Shown: positions 22,042-36,460, numbered from the whole stretch's first letter. The stretch is 61,462 nucleotides of DNA, filler included, from Sphacelaria rigidula (GCA_964200075.2; 10 parts of 10 records of this genome joined end to end with filler, not necessarily neighbours in it), one strand, 5' to 3'. Notes: generated by a model not told the origin, from the letters alone. Program-made: numbers and translations.

Positions 22042-23399
22042 AGATCATATCTTAATTGTGAAGCGAACGAGAAAAGGGTTGTAGGCGCGAGGCAGGGGTG
22101 CATGTTTTACTCATACATGCACACCGGTGCAACATACAGTATATAATACTCGTCAGTTGCACACATCTTCACACTTTCTACAAGCGAGTTTTGCCACTGT
22201 CTAACCGTCCTCTCAACTATGCCACCATTCCGTTGAGAGTAGCGACCCTGCGGGCAACAGATCCCAGATGACCGGCGCACACAAGTGCCCCCCTTCCCAA
22301 CAGCTCTATCACACGCATGCCTATGCCTATCCAGGACTCATAGATACTACAAGGTATACAGTAATGTAAATGCACGGAAACACAACAACATATTCCTCCA
22401 CCCCACACCTCCCCCGCGATCAAACACTATAGCCGGAACATTTCTTGACCAGTTGGGAGCGGAGCAACCATGGCAGAACAAAAATCATCAGATGTGAAAT
22501 CACAGGGCTAAAAAACAAAAGGTAGCGCTCAAGTCACCCAAACGCGGACCTGCTGTGCCCTCTTGCGTCAGCACTGATTGCTTCTCGTCCCTCAGCTGGG
22601 CTTCATCTACCATCATACTATCCGTAAACGCATTCCACAGCAGCACAGCAGAGTACCGTACCGCAGTTAGTGTACGGCGAAGAAGAGCCGCAAAACGAAT
22701 ACCGTCGTGAACCGAGATAACACCCCCATCTGAAAATATTTTCAAGATGGATTTTCTCGAGAGCGAGAACCCTGTACTCGCGGGAGTTGTCACGTGTCGT
22801 ATACAACCGACGCTGGACCCCATAAACAAAGTATGTTATCGCCGTGTCCGCCTGAGGTTTCAAGATACTCCAGGAGGTTGAAATAACTACCCTGGAACGA
22901 CTACCCACCAGGGTGTTGAACCCCTTCCACTTCATGCTTATGAGAGGAACATTTCGAGGTAGAGCGCCACGTTGTGTGGCGATTTGAGGACATACCAACC
23001 TGTAGACATAGTTTAAAGCATAAAGACGCGACTCACCGTGGGGAAAAGTGGACGAGCCCGGAAGAAGGCCGCTACGGTGTGTGCCGTGCGCGGAGATGCA
23101 GAACTGGTCGAACAGGCGGCAAAGCGATATTTTATTTATGTTGATGAAAATACTCGCCAAATCAATATCTTGGTACCCGCGGTTGGAGCACCAATTCTCA
23201 GTCTATAAGCGTCGCATTGGAAGCTGACATCTGAAGTAATGCTGATATGGGCTAATCGACCAGCCGAAAGCCGCCACTACCGGTTTTTCTCTCGCGCATG
23301 TTGTCTGGAAATGGTCCATATTTTCAACTGCATTTTCGGCCGGTCGCCACGTTGGCTCAGTTGTTATAGGTGGAGTACCAAAAGAAGAAATGTAAAAAC

Positions 23400-23530
23400 T
23401 TCTTCTGCTGTGCTGGCATTCGTCCTTTTTTTGTGTGAACGCGCCCGGCGGATGCGCCCACGTAGACTAAAAGGTGCAGAATGGTGTCTAGAATAGATGG
23501 GATGACAACACACAACACACAACACATAAT
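23400..23530 (+). mobile_element. SINE 3' fragment with (ACACA)n tail
   Basis: Similar to 52840-52955. Confidence 0.55.
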
Positions 23531-23574
23531 ACATTTCTGAGATGAATAGGGCTGCACACGCGACCATTTGGCTA

Positions 23575-23923
23575 CCCTGGAAATTCATCCAGGGCGGTCA
23601 ACTTTTCGAGCCTCCAGAGGAATTACACGCCTCCAGAGGGGTGCGCGGCCCTCCTGAGAGGTGCGCTGCCCTCCAGAGAGTATTTTTTTGTTACCTCCTG
23701 AGGTATTGAAGGTGTCCGGAGGCTTCTTTATGCCGCTGGAGGGCCGCGTATCCCTCCGGAGGCATTTTGCTAACCGCAAATTCTTCCGGAGGGGTCCGCG
23801 GCCCTCTAGGACGGTAGTGTTTGGTTTCCTCCAGAGGTATTATTGGAGGCCTCTGGAGGCTTGTTTTGCCTCTGGAGGGTCGCGCATCCCTCTGGAGCAA
23901 AGTGCCTCCTGGCACTTTGGGGG
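23575..23923. mobile_element. non-autonomous element with CCC...GGG ends and dense CCTCCAGAGG repeats
   Basis: TA-CCC ... GGG-TA with more than ten CC(T/C)CAGAGG or CTGGAGG motifs in both orientations; EnSpm/CACTA-like layout is inference. Confidence 0.55.
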
Positions 23924-24251
23924 TAGCCAGTTGGCCGCATGTGTATGAACTAGATCAGTTAATACTATTATCGTCGCTCATTGAACCGGAAACTGGGGAT
24001 GAGGACGCCAGCTATCCAGTTAATTCTAGTGTGTCATTACGATCTTTAGTGTACACTTCGAAGTATCAATTTTGGAATGACTATCGTATAATAATGATGA
24101 TCAAATCGTCACATATACAATTTTACTCTTGAAACAGCCGATCATTCAAATTGAGGATAGAGATTTTCATTGAGGATGAGAACCCGGAGGATTAAAATCT
24201 TCGTATCCACACCAAATCTTTGTAATATGGTTCCATTCCTTCACCTACTGG

Positions 24252-24456
24252 TAGCTATTGACAAGCACTACACGCCAGACAAATTTGGATTTCGATTGCC
24301 GAAATGTTGGGGCCTTCGGCGAAAAACCAATTTCGGGGAATTTCGGCGATCGGGCCGAATCACCTCAATTCCCGAACTATTTTCTTCATCTAGAGTCCCA
24401 GCATTTCGGTTATCGAAATCCAAATTTGTAGGGCGTGTAGCAGTTGTCAATGGCTA
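24252..24456. mobile_element. MITE with ~60-bp TIRs and TAG...CTA ends
   Basis: 24252-24312 is inverted relative to 24397-24456. Confidence 0.75.
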
Positions 24457-27199
24457 ACAGTTGGTAACAGCCAATCATCTATGTTGAGGATGGTGCTTTT
24501 GATTGAGGATGAGAACCCGGAGGATTAANNNNNNNNNNNNNNNNNNNNNNNNNNNNNNNNNNNNNNNNNNNNTTAATTAATTAANNNNNNNNNNNNNNNN
24601 NNNNNNNNNNNNNNNNNNNNNNNNNNNNCCGTGTCCTCTGATCGACTTCATCAGTCGTGTCCAGCTGTCCCTCTTTATGGATCATGTGTCATGGAACATA
24701 GTGTGCCACCGTGCATTTGCTGTCTGGTGCTTTGTACGCTGCTGTTGTACTGCACTACATATTTGTATTACGGTTGCGCTTGTACATTTATTGACTGTTA
24801 CCTGCCCGATGATACGTCATCGACCCCCGACTCGGCGGTTTTCAGCGAACTACGCGGTAGTGTAATAAGTATCGTCAGCTGCGCTGGTATTGCCTCTGAC
24901 ACACGGCATCCGGTAGTTTTTTTTTTTTCAGCCTCAACGTGTTCTCAAAATAGAACTGAGCGGTTTGACGTTGCTGTTCGCTGCATCCCACACGTCTATT
25001 CCTTCGTGGCATGCAGGTTTGTTAATGCGCTGTTGCGCTGGTGACAGGCACTGTATGTCTGTTGATCGTGACAACCTTCGTTTTCTTGTCTCTCGCTGTT
25101 ACAATTTATTTCAAAACACACACACACACATACGGTTTGTTGTGTGCCTTCGACATATATATATATATATATATTCCCTTTCATCTGCACCTAATTTTAA
25201 AGGTGATAGACCGCTACATGTGCGGAGTGCGCGGACCTACATGTCGATCGAAAACTGTCGACAGTACCCTGCCACTATATTTCTTTTATTTTTGTTCGCT
25301 CCGCCTCAATCCTCAACAACTGTGCTGTCTCCCACGACGAAGCGTTCACTTTTCAACCCCCGCATCTTTACGTTCACGATCTGGCGCAATAGCGCACGTG
25401 TACAAGCCATTTCTGATATCAACCGCCCTTCGACTTCATCGGAGCACGATGTCACGAAGGACGGTGCATTCCCTACAGACAGTGGTGACCGACCGTACAA
25501 ATCAACCACGCGTAATGAGACGAGTGATGAAAAAAACGAACCAGAACGTTGTGATGATGATGAGAGCGTCGTTTCAGGACGTATTTATAGGGACGTGAGT
25601 GTGGATAAATACTAGTACTCCTAGCCCCCCCACAAACACATCTACTACCCCGAACACAGCCCGCCAGAATGGGACCCACGACTCTACCGATGCCAAACGT
25701 ACCACCTGACGGTGTTTGAGAAACGCACAACACCCCGCGTTTCCAAATCACCGACGGGGTACCTCTTCGTGTGTGACCGCTTGTAACACTTCGCCGTCAC
25801 CCTCTTTACATTTTGATAACACTTCTACTTCAAACCCCATTGTCGGCCACAGGTCCACAATCGGGCCCCAACAACCTTCAACAACAAACCACGGCAATAT
25901 ATTTTCTTTCACCCCGCCAGCGTACCATCACCACTTAACAAAATCCTTGTCGGCCAGCGTGGGTTCTCGCTTGTGGTGTGGGTACGCTAGCGTTGACCGT
26001 TCTGTCATGACGGGTTCCATGACAGCACAGTCCCGTGCAACATTGCATGACTCCTAAATGCGCAATGATCAACCCCAGTGTTTTCATACTGGATCTGATC
26101 ACCCAGTTGTATTTCCGAGGGGTAGTAATCAATGCCAGTTGGATCCGATCGCCCTGCGGGATCGGCAGTCGTGTAGCGTAGCGCCCACCACCTTAGAAGC
26201 AGGTACATCTTCTGATACGGTAGCTGTTACCCCTACGACCGTTCATCGTAGGATGCAGTGTTTACAGAGACTCCCCAGCCCCGAGAAGGACTCAGGAGTC
26301 CAGTCGACCCCGGTAACACATGCGTGCGAAATTCCGCGTGTGCCCGGTCCCCTTTTGTTTGGTGAGCGTAATTCTTCGTGCACTACGCGCGCCACTGCCG
26401 AACCCTTGCTTTCCGTAGCTCAGCGGGTATGAAAGGAACCCCAAGCGACTGTGCCGACCAAGCGCCACACGTGTAGCCACGAACGGACTGACCTTGCCAA
26501 CTTCCCAAAAGCCCCTGGAACAACGGGCTCTAGAGTGCGCTATACGCGACACCAGGAGAGGGCTCTTCCGGATAAAACTGTAAATTAACCTGTAGTTGCC
26601 GCTGCATCCGCCCACCAAGAAGGTGCCCGGGTGCGGGGCACAGCGGATGAAGGCCTTGCCGTAGAACAGGTCGGTGTTTCCCAGATCTCGAACTGATCAG
26701 CACCGCTTCCTGCCAATCCCTCGGAATCTATGGTGAAGAATAAAGTAGCGTTGACATATGTTGGGACAGTAAACCCGCTACGCCCTGCATGTATGTCTCA
26801 TGGTGCTGGACAAACCCCGGCTGTGCCGTCACAATCGCAGTCCGATCAGGATTGTTTCTCCCCTGTTTCTCATAGCTCCAAACAATTACTGCAAACATCC
26901 ACATCCACTCCCTTTCCCAGGCGTCGTCCATCCCTGATTGTGTACGAAATCCAACTTTCGTCTACTGCACCACACGCCCTACAAACCCCCCCGTGCCACG
27001 ACGGCCCTCCGAAAAACACATTCGTTCCGGAGGATCAATCTCGAGTCTATTTTAGTACCATTGCCCAACAACACAAGAGCGATGTGGCTGCAGATCAATT
27101 GTCGGAATTTGGACCGGACTTGGTCAGTGGAACTGCACTCATGGATGACGCCTCCTTCACAACCCGAATAGGTATACATAGTGGAGTGCATGCAACATG

Positions 27200-27500
27200 C
27201 CCTTTGATGGCCGTTGCCCTGCCCGACACTGGCTCGCCACAAACTTTCATAACAGCCAGCTGCTGGCAACACATGATGAACGCTGGAGCAGCAGACAAAT
27301 ATTGCCTTTCTACTGTTCCGCCTCGTGTTTTTGGCGGGTTTGGTGCCTCCACTCCCCCTACGGTTGATCAATCAGTCAGCCTCAGTGTGCAATTCTTCGA
27401 TGACACGGGCCCCACTGCACAATTAGCTGTGTGGGCATTCATTGTGCCCGATGGTTCCATGTCGGTTGATGTTCTCTTGGGACGTGATAGCTGGTTACGT
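27200..27500 (+). pseudogene. gypsy aspartic protease
   Basis: ALPDTGSPQTFIT active-site motif and downstream VDVLLGRDSW. Confidence 0.85.
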
Positions 27501-28199
27501 TTTTCCACACATACATACACGACGAACTCACCTGTCTTGAACCGACCACTGACAGGCAGATTAAAATTGGGACATCACGACGCTGATCCAGGGGCTCAGG
27601 CCTATGTCGATGACCCAACACAAACAGGTTATGCTTTTCGACTGTATTATATTGGAGACCACGTCGTCTCTCTGTTCCGTGAAACCTCAACACATCCATG
27701 TGAATCTTATGAGACGGAACGGATCCCCCACCCTCACTGGACAGTACTTGGTCGACTTAACCAATCCCAACCAAACCCCAGACAGTATTCCCCCCTTTGA
27801 TCAGACCGATGTATTTGTCCATGAGGGTGAACAATCCATTCTCCTCACGTCCTCTGCATATCTCGATGTCCTTCCTGGTCAGTTGTTGGGTTTTGCTCAA
27901 GCGCCCCTCCTACGAGCAGCCTTGTTGAATGGTGCCACCGCAAACATCATCAGACAGCTCAGAGACAAAGGGTTCCACTTCGTTCGACAAGACTGACCCC
28001 ATGGTTGTAGCCGAATCGACTGATACGCCTGGCACAAAACCTCCGACTGTCTCACTAGATACATTCTCGCCGGAGCAACGTGTTAGTTTTCAACAATTAT
28101 GGAATGAAATTCCCCCCATTTGAGACACATTGCGTTTGATTTATCTGGTGAGGGTTGGACACCCACGATGATTGATCGGTTGCGCTCCATCTTGATACG

Positions 28200-28837
28200 A
28201 TACTCTGAACGGCTTTCCAAATCGTCAACAGATTTAGGCCGCTGCAACACTATACCGTTCAAGATCAACATTCCTGATGGTACGACACCTATCGTCATGC
28301 GTCCGTCCCGAACAAACGCTCTTCTAGCGGGTAAAATTCAAGTAATTCTCGACGAGTACTTGTCCGCCGGGTTAATACGGCACTCAACGTCTCCGTGGGC
28401 CTCGCCTTTGGTAGTCGTCCGGAAGAAAAATGATAAGATCCGACTGACCGTCAATTATCAACGATTGAACGCAGTCACAAAAATCGCACGTCTACCTCTT
28501 CCCCAGATAGATGAAATCATCGACTGCCTCGGCGGGGGCAAAGTTTTTTTCGAACTTCGACATGCAGTCCGGTTACCACCAACTGGTGATGAATCCGCAC
28601 TCTATCGAGCTGACGGCGTTTTGCACCCCGTCAGGACTATTAGAGTGGCTGGTCACTCCATAAGATGCCGCCGGCGCCCCAGGAGCGTTTCAACGTGTGA
28701 TGTTTTGCGTCATTGCTGGACGGTCCAAATGCTGCATGTATCTCGACGATGCGGTGGTTCACGGCAGTACACCTGCTGAACACGTCGAACATTTGGCGTC
28801 CTTCTTTGCTCGTTTTGAACAAGACAATTTGAAGCTC
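28200..28837 (+). pseudogene. gypsy reverse transcriptase, frameshifted and 3'-deleted
   Basis: SPWASPLVVVRKK..IRLTVNYQRLN, LPQIDE, then after a frameshift FDMQSGYHQ, TAFCTP and YLDD at 28739-28750. Confidence 0.92.
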
Positions 28838-29399
28838 GACACCTTCCCAACCACCTCTGCCCACCATAGTCGAGACCTCGACTGTGCCTCCTCCACCCCG
28901 TGATGGTACCACCTCCGGTACCACACCATCCGACACCCTCCACAACGTAGGAATAGAGGTGAACGTTCCGTTTGAGAATATACTGACCACCTCCTCTGAC
29001 CTTGATCCAAATGACGCGTCGTGTCCATCCCACAGCGATTCGATCCCCTGCGTTTTGGACAACCCCTCCGACAGTGTATTCAAGGAATTGACCCCTTTTC
29101 TCACGCCGATTGGGCCCGGGAACAGCAAGCTGAACCTGCTTGTAGAGCAGCTATACATCCTCCTTTTCAGAAACTGAGTTCCGTTTACCAGTAGGGCCCC
29201 ACCGAACCCCCACACAGGATGAACTTACTGAATTATCGCGTAAAGGCATGTTTTTTACGGATGATGATGGCGTTGTTCTCTTAATTCACCGGCCCACCAC
29301 GAAACCTCCTGGAGGGAAACCTACAAGTAGTCACGTCCGTTTGTTGGGTGATGCCCCCGTACGTATTTATGTTCCGATGCTTCTGCGTTCATGAGCTCT

Positions 29400-30453
29400 C
29401 CATGAATGCCACTCACAAGCATCCACACATCTGGGCGTCGCTAGGACCTCCCAGATGCTTCAGCGCTTTTTTTGGTGGATTTGTATGGACCAATGTGTGC
29501 GTTGGTGGGTTCGGCGGTGTCTTCTTTGCCAAGCACGCAAAACTTCGCGTCAAACACTTAAATGGCCGGTAATCTCTATGCCCCTCCCCAATGGGCCTAA
29601 TGAAATAGTTTCATGGGATTACTTTGACCCCCTGCCCCTCACTGATAGTGGTAACAAGTACATTTTGTTGTTTACGGATCGGTTCAGTCGACATGCTGTG
29701 ATGACTGCTGTTGCTGAGGCCAACTATAGTGCAGAAGGGACTGCCAACGTCCTTGTGTACACATACATCCCTCAGTGGGGTGTCCCCAAACATTTGTTAT
29801 CCGATAACGGCCCACATTTTGCCGGAATACTTTCTGCCGCGATCAGTAATCTCCTGGGTGCCCATCATTTTTTTACTAGTTCATACCATCCATCCACTAA
29901 CGGTGGGACCGGACGAGTTAATCACACGATGGCGCAAATGCTTGCCACAGTGACCAATGAGCGACAAACAGACTGGGGCCTGCACTTACGCCTTGTCCAA
30001 ATGAACTACAACAACTCCGTCAATGCCGCCACAGGCTTGGCTCCCAATGAAGTTCATATTGGTCATATGCCTCGGTTGCCATTGATAGTGTTCGACAGGA
30101 AACCCCCTGGTGGTCATCAGAGTTTGGATCGGGATTTTGTGGAGTATCATATATCTGTTAGTAATCGTCTTCGTCTTGCATATGAGGTGGTACGGGACCA
30201 GAACTTGATCAACGCAACAAAGGTAGCTAAGGCAAACAGCGTGTTGGATGATGCAGTGAACAACCGTCTGGTGTGGAAAGTAGGTGAATGGGCATCGGTG
30301 TATAACGATGTGAGAACTGTAAACCAAGGTGCAAGCTCTGCTAAGTCGTCGTCGGATGAGGTGTTGAAGTCGAAGCTTTGCTTGAATTGGACTGGTCCTT
30401 GGAAGGTTCGACAGTTGGGCCCTGTGATACCGCACCTGACGATAGGCCAGTAG
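29400..30453 (+). pseudogene. gypsy integrase
   Basis: HHCC finger (CHSQASTHLG..CLLCQARK), core SWDY..DRFSR..SDNGPHF..YHPSTNG, GPY/F-like WTGPWKV. Confidence 0.92.
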
Positions 30454-32439
30454 GTGAGAAACTTTTGTATTTGGATTTCCCCACGGATGAACCTGGCGTC
30501 AAACCCAAAAACGGGTTCTCGATGCTTCGGTGCAAGCCGTGTCTACCCCCTCACGACCCTAGTGATATGCCCAAGCAATTGCCTATGGGGTTCAGTCAGT
30601 ATGTAACAGCCGATTTTCGAAAATGGGGTTGAAAGAAAAAATGAGGTTGAACTCAAAAGCCGTGCTTTCCCTGAACTAGATTCATNNNNNNNNNNNNNNN
30701 NNNNNNNNNNNNNNNNNNNNNNNNNNNNNTTAATTAATTAANNNNNNNNNNNNNNNNNNNNNNNNNNNNNNNNNNNNNNNNNNNNTGGATGAGATAAGGG
30801 GCTCCTAACAATTATAATCTCAGAAATTATTTCTGTACCCCTACCGTAGCATCACTCGCACATTGGTGTTTATTCGAACAATGCTACTTCATTTTTAGCT
30901 TTCACATACAAGAGTGTTATGTGAATCGGCGCCGGCCGCCGGTTGCCGATGTGTCAACCCGCATTATTGTCGTATCGATCGGGTCAGTTTGTCGTAATCA
31001 CGGCTACTGAAAATTCATAGGTCGTTTCCCGTTGTTGTCGTAACCACGGCTACTGAAAATTCTTTGGTCGTTGCCCCCTTGAAACGAATAATGGCCCAAG
31101 CACGACCTGGCTTATTGGGTCCTTGCGGTTTGGGCTTCTCTCCCGCTTGGCGTCTACAAGGCGTAACTATTGCTCATATACAAAAACCCTCAGCAATGCC
31201 GCGATATCCCCCCTCACGAACCAGCCCCAAAACTGTCGCGAAGAAAATGTCCGTATCGCGTATGATAGCTGGTTTCAGACCGCACAAAGCGCCTCATATA
31301 CGGGCGACATCGGCGAAAGAGATCTTAAGCTTGGGAGTTCCTAGCTGCTGGGTGTGCTCGGCTTTCGTCATTTCGGTTTATATGTAGATCTCGCCTCCTC
31401 AAACTAGACATTTTCTGGGAGAGTTTATCGCGGCATCAGCCCCCTCTAGATTCTTTGGAGCAGAACATTACCTAGGCAGTTTGCCATTTGCTTGACATTT
31501 TTACTTCCAAACACGTGATCAACCCTGCATCAGCGGGTATTGTTTTGTCTACACTATAGTACCCGCCCTTTGAACAAGCTACCAGCGGGCGTATTGTACT
31601 TTTTCCCCGCAAAAAAGAGCGATACTTTGTACAAGACTTAGTATGGTATGGATCCTTTTCGACCTTGCTTGGAATGTTCAACTGCCAAATGAAGCGCGAG
31701 CGAGCCCGAGGACCAGGACTACAGAAACGAAATGGAGATAAAAAAGAGATCGCATCGATGAGACGTCAACAACATGATGAGCCGGCGGTGACCGCACGGA
31801 TGTTGTTTTTCCACGACTGCTACAATATCAGATAAAGAGTTGTACGAGTAGCCAAGTACTCGCAGCTCGCGATGGGCGGTGATCTCCGACAGCAGAACGA
31901 TGCGGTAGGACAGTCGCCAGGGTACGGTACATCACGGGGGAGACCAGATGAGCGCAAAACTGCGCAAGAGGAATTCACCGACGGACATATACAGTTGGGC
32001 ATGCGCGAATGTAGCCCAAGGAAACAGACTGGAAGACACGAAGGGCCATCATGGGCGTCGCTCTCCACACGTTCATCTAATTGGCGTGCTGTCATCAACG
32101 GTGATGATCACAGTACGATGATCATATGCTCGATCTGCCTTGCGGGAGTGGTCCCTGTGGAGCTGTGAGCAATGGATCTCTCAATTTCGCTTCCTTCACA
32201 GTGTTTTGAGTGACTTTGCACATTCTCCAGGCACAGCACTGCTGTGAAGCGCACCAGAGAGATATTGTACGAATCGGGCTCCGGAGCGCTGCGGCATCCT
32301 TTCGAAACGATATGACGGCAAAGTAGCCATATTTTCATATCATCACCTTTTCGCTGCAGCGTCGTTGCCTAGCATACGCCGAAAGTCATGACTCGTTCGC
32401 TGGCACACAATATCGATATCCTTGATAAACCACCGTGGG

Positions 32440-32650
32440 TCGTATGCGGCGAGACTACGTCCAGCAGATTTCGGTTTCAAACGCACGCGATAGCAAAAAT
32501 GATCCCCATATGTCCCATCCTGCTTAGTCATACCTTAGCTGCCGACCGTTATGCCGCTGCTGGCTGCTCTTTCGCCACAAAACGCATCGGAGACACATTG
32601 CAAAGTGCATGACACAGTAGCGAGATGGCTTCATCGGCTGGCAACATGTC
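32440..32650 (-). pseudogene. possible decayed OTU-like cysteine protease fragment
   Basis: LPADEAISLLCHAL, then MTKQDGTYGDHF and (frameshift) AIACV*NRNLLDVVS, resembling OTU motifs. Confidence 0.35.
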
Positions 32651-35060
32651 TGCAGAAGACGACGAGAATCTACTGGACTCGAGCACCTCGTCTTCTCTGG
32701 CTACATCAATCTGCCAGGTACTGCCGCGGTCGATATGATGGTCTTTCCTGCGGTGGTCATTGATGTTTGTCTCCTGGTGGTGAAGGTAGACATGTATGTG
32801 CGCTGATACTAATGAACGTTTCATGCACACTGCCTCCGGCCCTGGAATATTCAAGGCACCACTCGTGCATCAAACGAAGATATCTCAACACCAGTCGCGT
32901 ACGCAAGCACATGTTCGTGCCTGCAACGGCAAACGCAGTTCGAGGTAAACGTCGTTCTGCCGATTTACTGTCCCCCGTAACGAACTACACGATCCAACGA
33001 CGAACTCTAGTCTATCCTGTACATTTGGGTAGGGGGTCAAATACGAAGTTGAGAGCAAATATCCGTGGAGATGCGCGGACGACTAAAGGCGATCGAAACT
33101 CGGTTTGCCAAAACCCAACGGCAGCGCGAGGAAGCAAGCATTGGTTTCGTAGTTTGAGTGGTGGAGCTCCGTAGTCCACAGATGTACGAGACACAGGATC
33201 CATGTGATGGTTGCCGCGCCAGCTGACTCGTCGACCGCAAGCCATTTCGAAGGATCGTCACGCAACTCAAATTTTTGACATCAGTACGGCAACCTTGTGA
33301 GAGCTTGGACGTGCAGCAGTGCGACATTTTGGCTCTTTATTATGCTGCGACATCGTTATGGCACGCCTGACTGGATTGAGCCGTCTTACCAAGCTAAATG
33401 TTCGAAGCACTGGAGTATCGGGAACAACAACAGCTAGCTACTACTGTAACATTGTACACACAGAGCGTGGTGTATGACAGTCATCTCCAGTCCTCTCCTA
33501 TGTTCTTTGTACATCCAATAACGACAAGTTTCAACCATGTTGGATATAGCCAGCTCTCGCCTGTTCACTGCTGTCTCCGTGATTTGTGGTGCGTGGATCG
33601 TTTCAGGATCTCATCTGACGGTGCTGTTTACCACGTATCTACCACGCCCTACAGGCTAAATGGAAGCGCGATCGTTCAGTAGGATGTCATACCTCGTAGA
33701 GTAAAGTAGTGCCGACAGCAAGTGCTGCTCTCTGAGCATCAACGGACAATCAGTTTCCACAGTCCTTTTTTTCTTGTCACATCGTCAACCCGTCCCCTCC
33801 CTCAGGACCAGCCCGTAGTCTCAAGGGAGCGAGCAATCCACCTCTGGCGTACTGATAAATAATATCCGACATTTTGACATCGCGAATTACAACAGCATTT
33901 CCGCACCGCGTCGACTCTCGTCAACTGTGTCTACTTCTCCCTAAGGTCCTCACGTTTTCCAAATCCTCACAGCACATCCTGCGTGTTTGTCAGGATTCAA
34001 ACCTTCTCATCAAACATGAATCTTCAGGGCAAGGAAATTGATTTCAGCCTTCGACCTGGAAGGATTTGGGGTCTGACGGAGCCCTCAGAGGCTATAGTAT
34101 ACCACAACCACCCTTGAATCATGACGATGCACCATTAATAGTTCAACGACAGGGGCGTAGCGACGAACGGCTTGCTGCCGATATATTGCATTAGTGCACC
34201 GCAACATACAATACTACTGATGATTTGCACGTGCTGGTATTTTCATGCACTCGTATATCGCCCGCCGTGCAGTGGACTCAGGTCGTGCCGTACCACAACA
34301 TATTGTGTCTTAGATGGAGCGAATCGGTGCGGCGGAATCGATTTGATCGAACTCGTTTGTTGTGGGCGATTTGGTTGCGGGCTAATTTGCACGCTCTCCT
34401 TTTTTTGATCGAAATTATGCGGTGGAATTCGTGAAGCGGCCCATGTTCACTTGCAATCAGTGCAGACAGTACTGTATTGTTTGTACTGTCGGCACAACAG
34501 CATGAGCGTGTGTTTTGTACAGGGAGAATGTGAAAACGAAGATGGCAGCATGCAGAACAGACAGCACGGGGCTATTCGTGTTCCCTGCATACAGGAGGGT
34601 GTGAAGAAGGTTCGGATAGCAATGTATCCCTGTGCTCAACTCTTCATCTATGCTGCAGGCTTGCGTTGATTGCTGAGAAAATTGTGTGGCGTTTTTGCAT
34701 GATGGTTCTGCTGTCAGCAAGGAGTATCTGGCGGCGTGGTAGTCTGCAAGACAGGAGTCAAGTGCACTTTCGTTTTTTTCCGCCTCATATTTTCGATCCA
34801 AATAGACAAGATTTTTTTCTGTTGTTCGCCCTCCCGGTCGCGTGCGAATATAATTATAATTGTGAACGCTGGGCTTGGAGCCATCGGAGAACCTCAATGG
34901 CGTGGACGTGTCGGATACATTCTTCTATTATTCCGCCGCGCTTTTTCGGCCGAAGAAAATATTGATAGGACACGCAGGGGTTCACATTTTTTTGTTTGAC
35001 ACGTATGCCTGCCCACTTCTTCTATTTTGGACCCCTCGGGCGGGGGGGGTTAAGGTGCTA

Positions 35061-35609
35061 CAGTAGTGGGCGGTCTAACTATTCATTTTCAGGCATTTTG
35101 TGATTTCTTCGTAATTCGCGATTCTCTTGGGCTCTTGTCGCTTGCCACCGCTTATCATATCGGGGTTCTGAAGATAATTGTATCCGCTCCACAATACGAG
35201 GAAAAAAATCATTTATACTCAATATTTTGTGACTTATGGGCTGACCGGTCATCGGGGGTCCTGCGACGTTTCAGCCCAGATTCTTACTCTTCGGTATTTT
35301 CGGTCGATCGAGTCTGTCCCGATCATATTTCTAAAAAATTGTACAGTTTTATTTTTTCGAAATTCTGCCTACTCATCGCACGAGGGCCGAAAAACTGTGT
35401 TTCACGGTCAATAACACCCTCCTGATGAACGGGGTATTTACTCGTTTCGCCCGATATTACCAACTGGAACTGACTTGGGCACTGTATTCCGAGGATCATC
35501 TGCTCACTGTACCAAAATCTACCGACGCTAGCAACTTCGAGTTCTATCGAAGAGTAAAACACGAGGAAAACCCCAAAACTCCGCTGAATAGTTAAACCGC
35601 CCACTACTG
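35061..35609. mobile_element. Tc1/mariner-type MITE, TA TSD
   Basis: TA-CAGTAGTGGGCGGTCTAACTATTCA ... TGAATAGTTAAACCGCCCACTACTG-TA. Confidence 0.9.
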
Positions 35610-36460
35610 TACACCGCCATCCCTCCCTTTCCCCTACTCCAAAACGCCATATAACTCATACAGGCACCGATCCCGTATTAAACCCCACACAAAATGACGC
35701 GGCGTCGGAGGGAGGGTAACCCCCCTGGTTTCGTTGGGAAAGAGGGGGGGGCGGGGGGTGATCACGATTCCCGTACCCCCCTCAAACGTAGGTGTAGAAA
35801 TACAAACGCAGATATAATGAAATAGATAAATGAAATACGCATGATGAAAGAAAACAAAAAAAGTGAAAAGAGAAAAATCACTGGAACAAGAGAAATAATG
35901 TAGAAGTGATACACTTAAAAAGGGGAAATGAATAAACGAGTAAGAGCGAAGGAAATAGAAACAGAAAAAAAGCCGAGAAAGGAAAAAAAACAAGAGTAAT
36001 AAAATCGAATAACAAAATGACCGAATAAAATACAAGTACAGGGAAGAAAAGAAGTAAAACATGATTGAAAAATAAATCACAACTCAAGACAAAAAAATGG
36101 TGAAAGAAAAAAGATCAAGGTTCACAGTGATACGCCCTTTGGAGGTTGGTGAAGTTCACCATGGTATCCAGTCATCACAATAATGCACGCGGCAAACTTG
36201 TTTGGGTGGTAACCAGCGAGTCATACTACGACAGGGGGGGGGGGGGATTTGGGCCGTTTTCTCCCACAAAAGATCACTTAATCGCCGTTGAAAGCAGTCA
36301 ACAGTTGTTCGAACGCGCTTGCTCCCGATAAACAACGCTCATTCATACTGCTTTACACAGCTTTAACCCAAAAACAAGTGCACCGCGAGTGTTTCAGGTC
36401 GTTTTACGCATCAATGCTCACATTGTTTTCGCAGAATCGAGAACTCCCCCCCTCCCCTCT

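Larger units (their letters stand above)
25400..30620 (+). mobile_element. decayed Ty3/gypsy LTR retrotransposon internal region
   Basis: PR-RT-IN order; decayed zinc-knuckle remnants near 26355-26400; many frameshifts; LTRs not identified and 5' limit approximate. Confidence 0.9.

Noticed and set aside
35810..36115. Hydrophobic Phe-rich ORFs on the minus strand
   Set aside because: Translation of an A-rich low-complexity tract.
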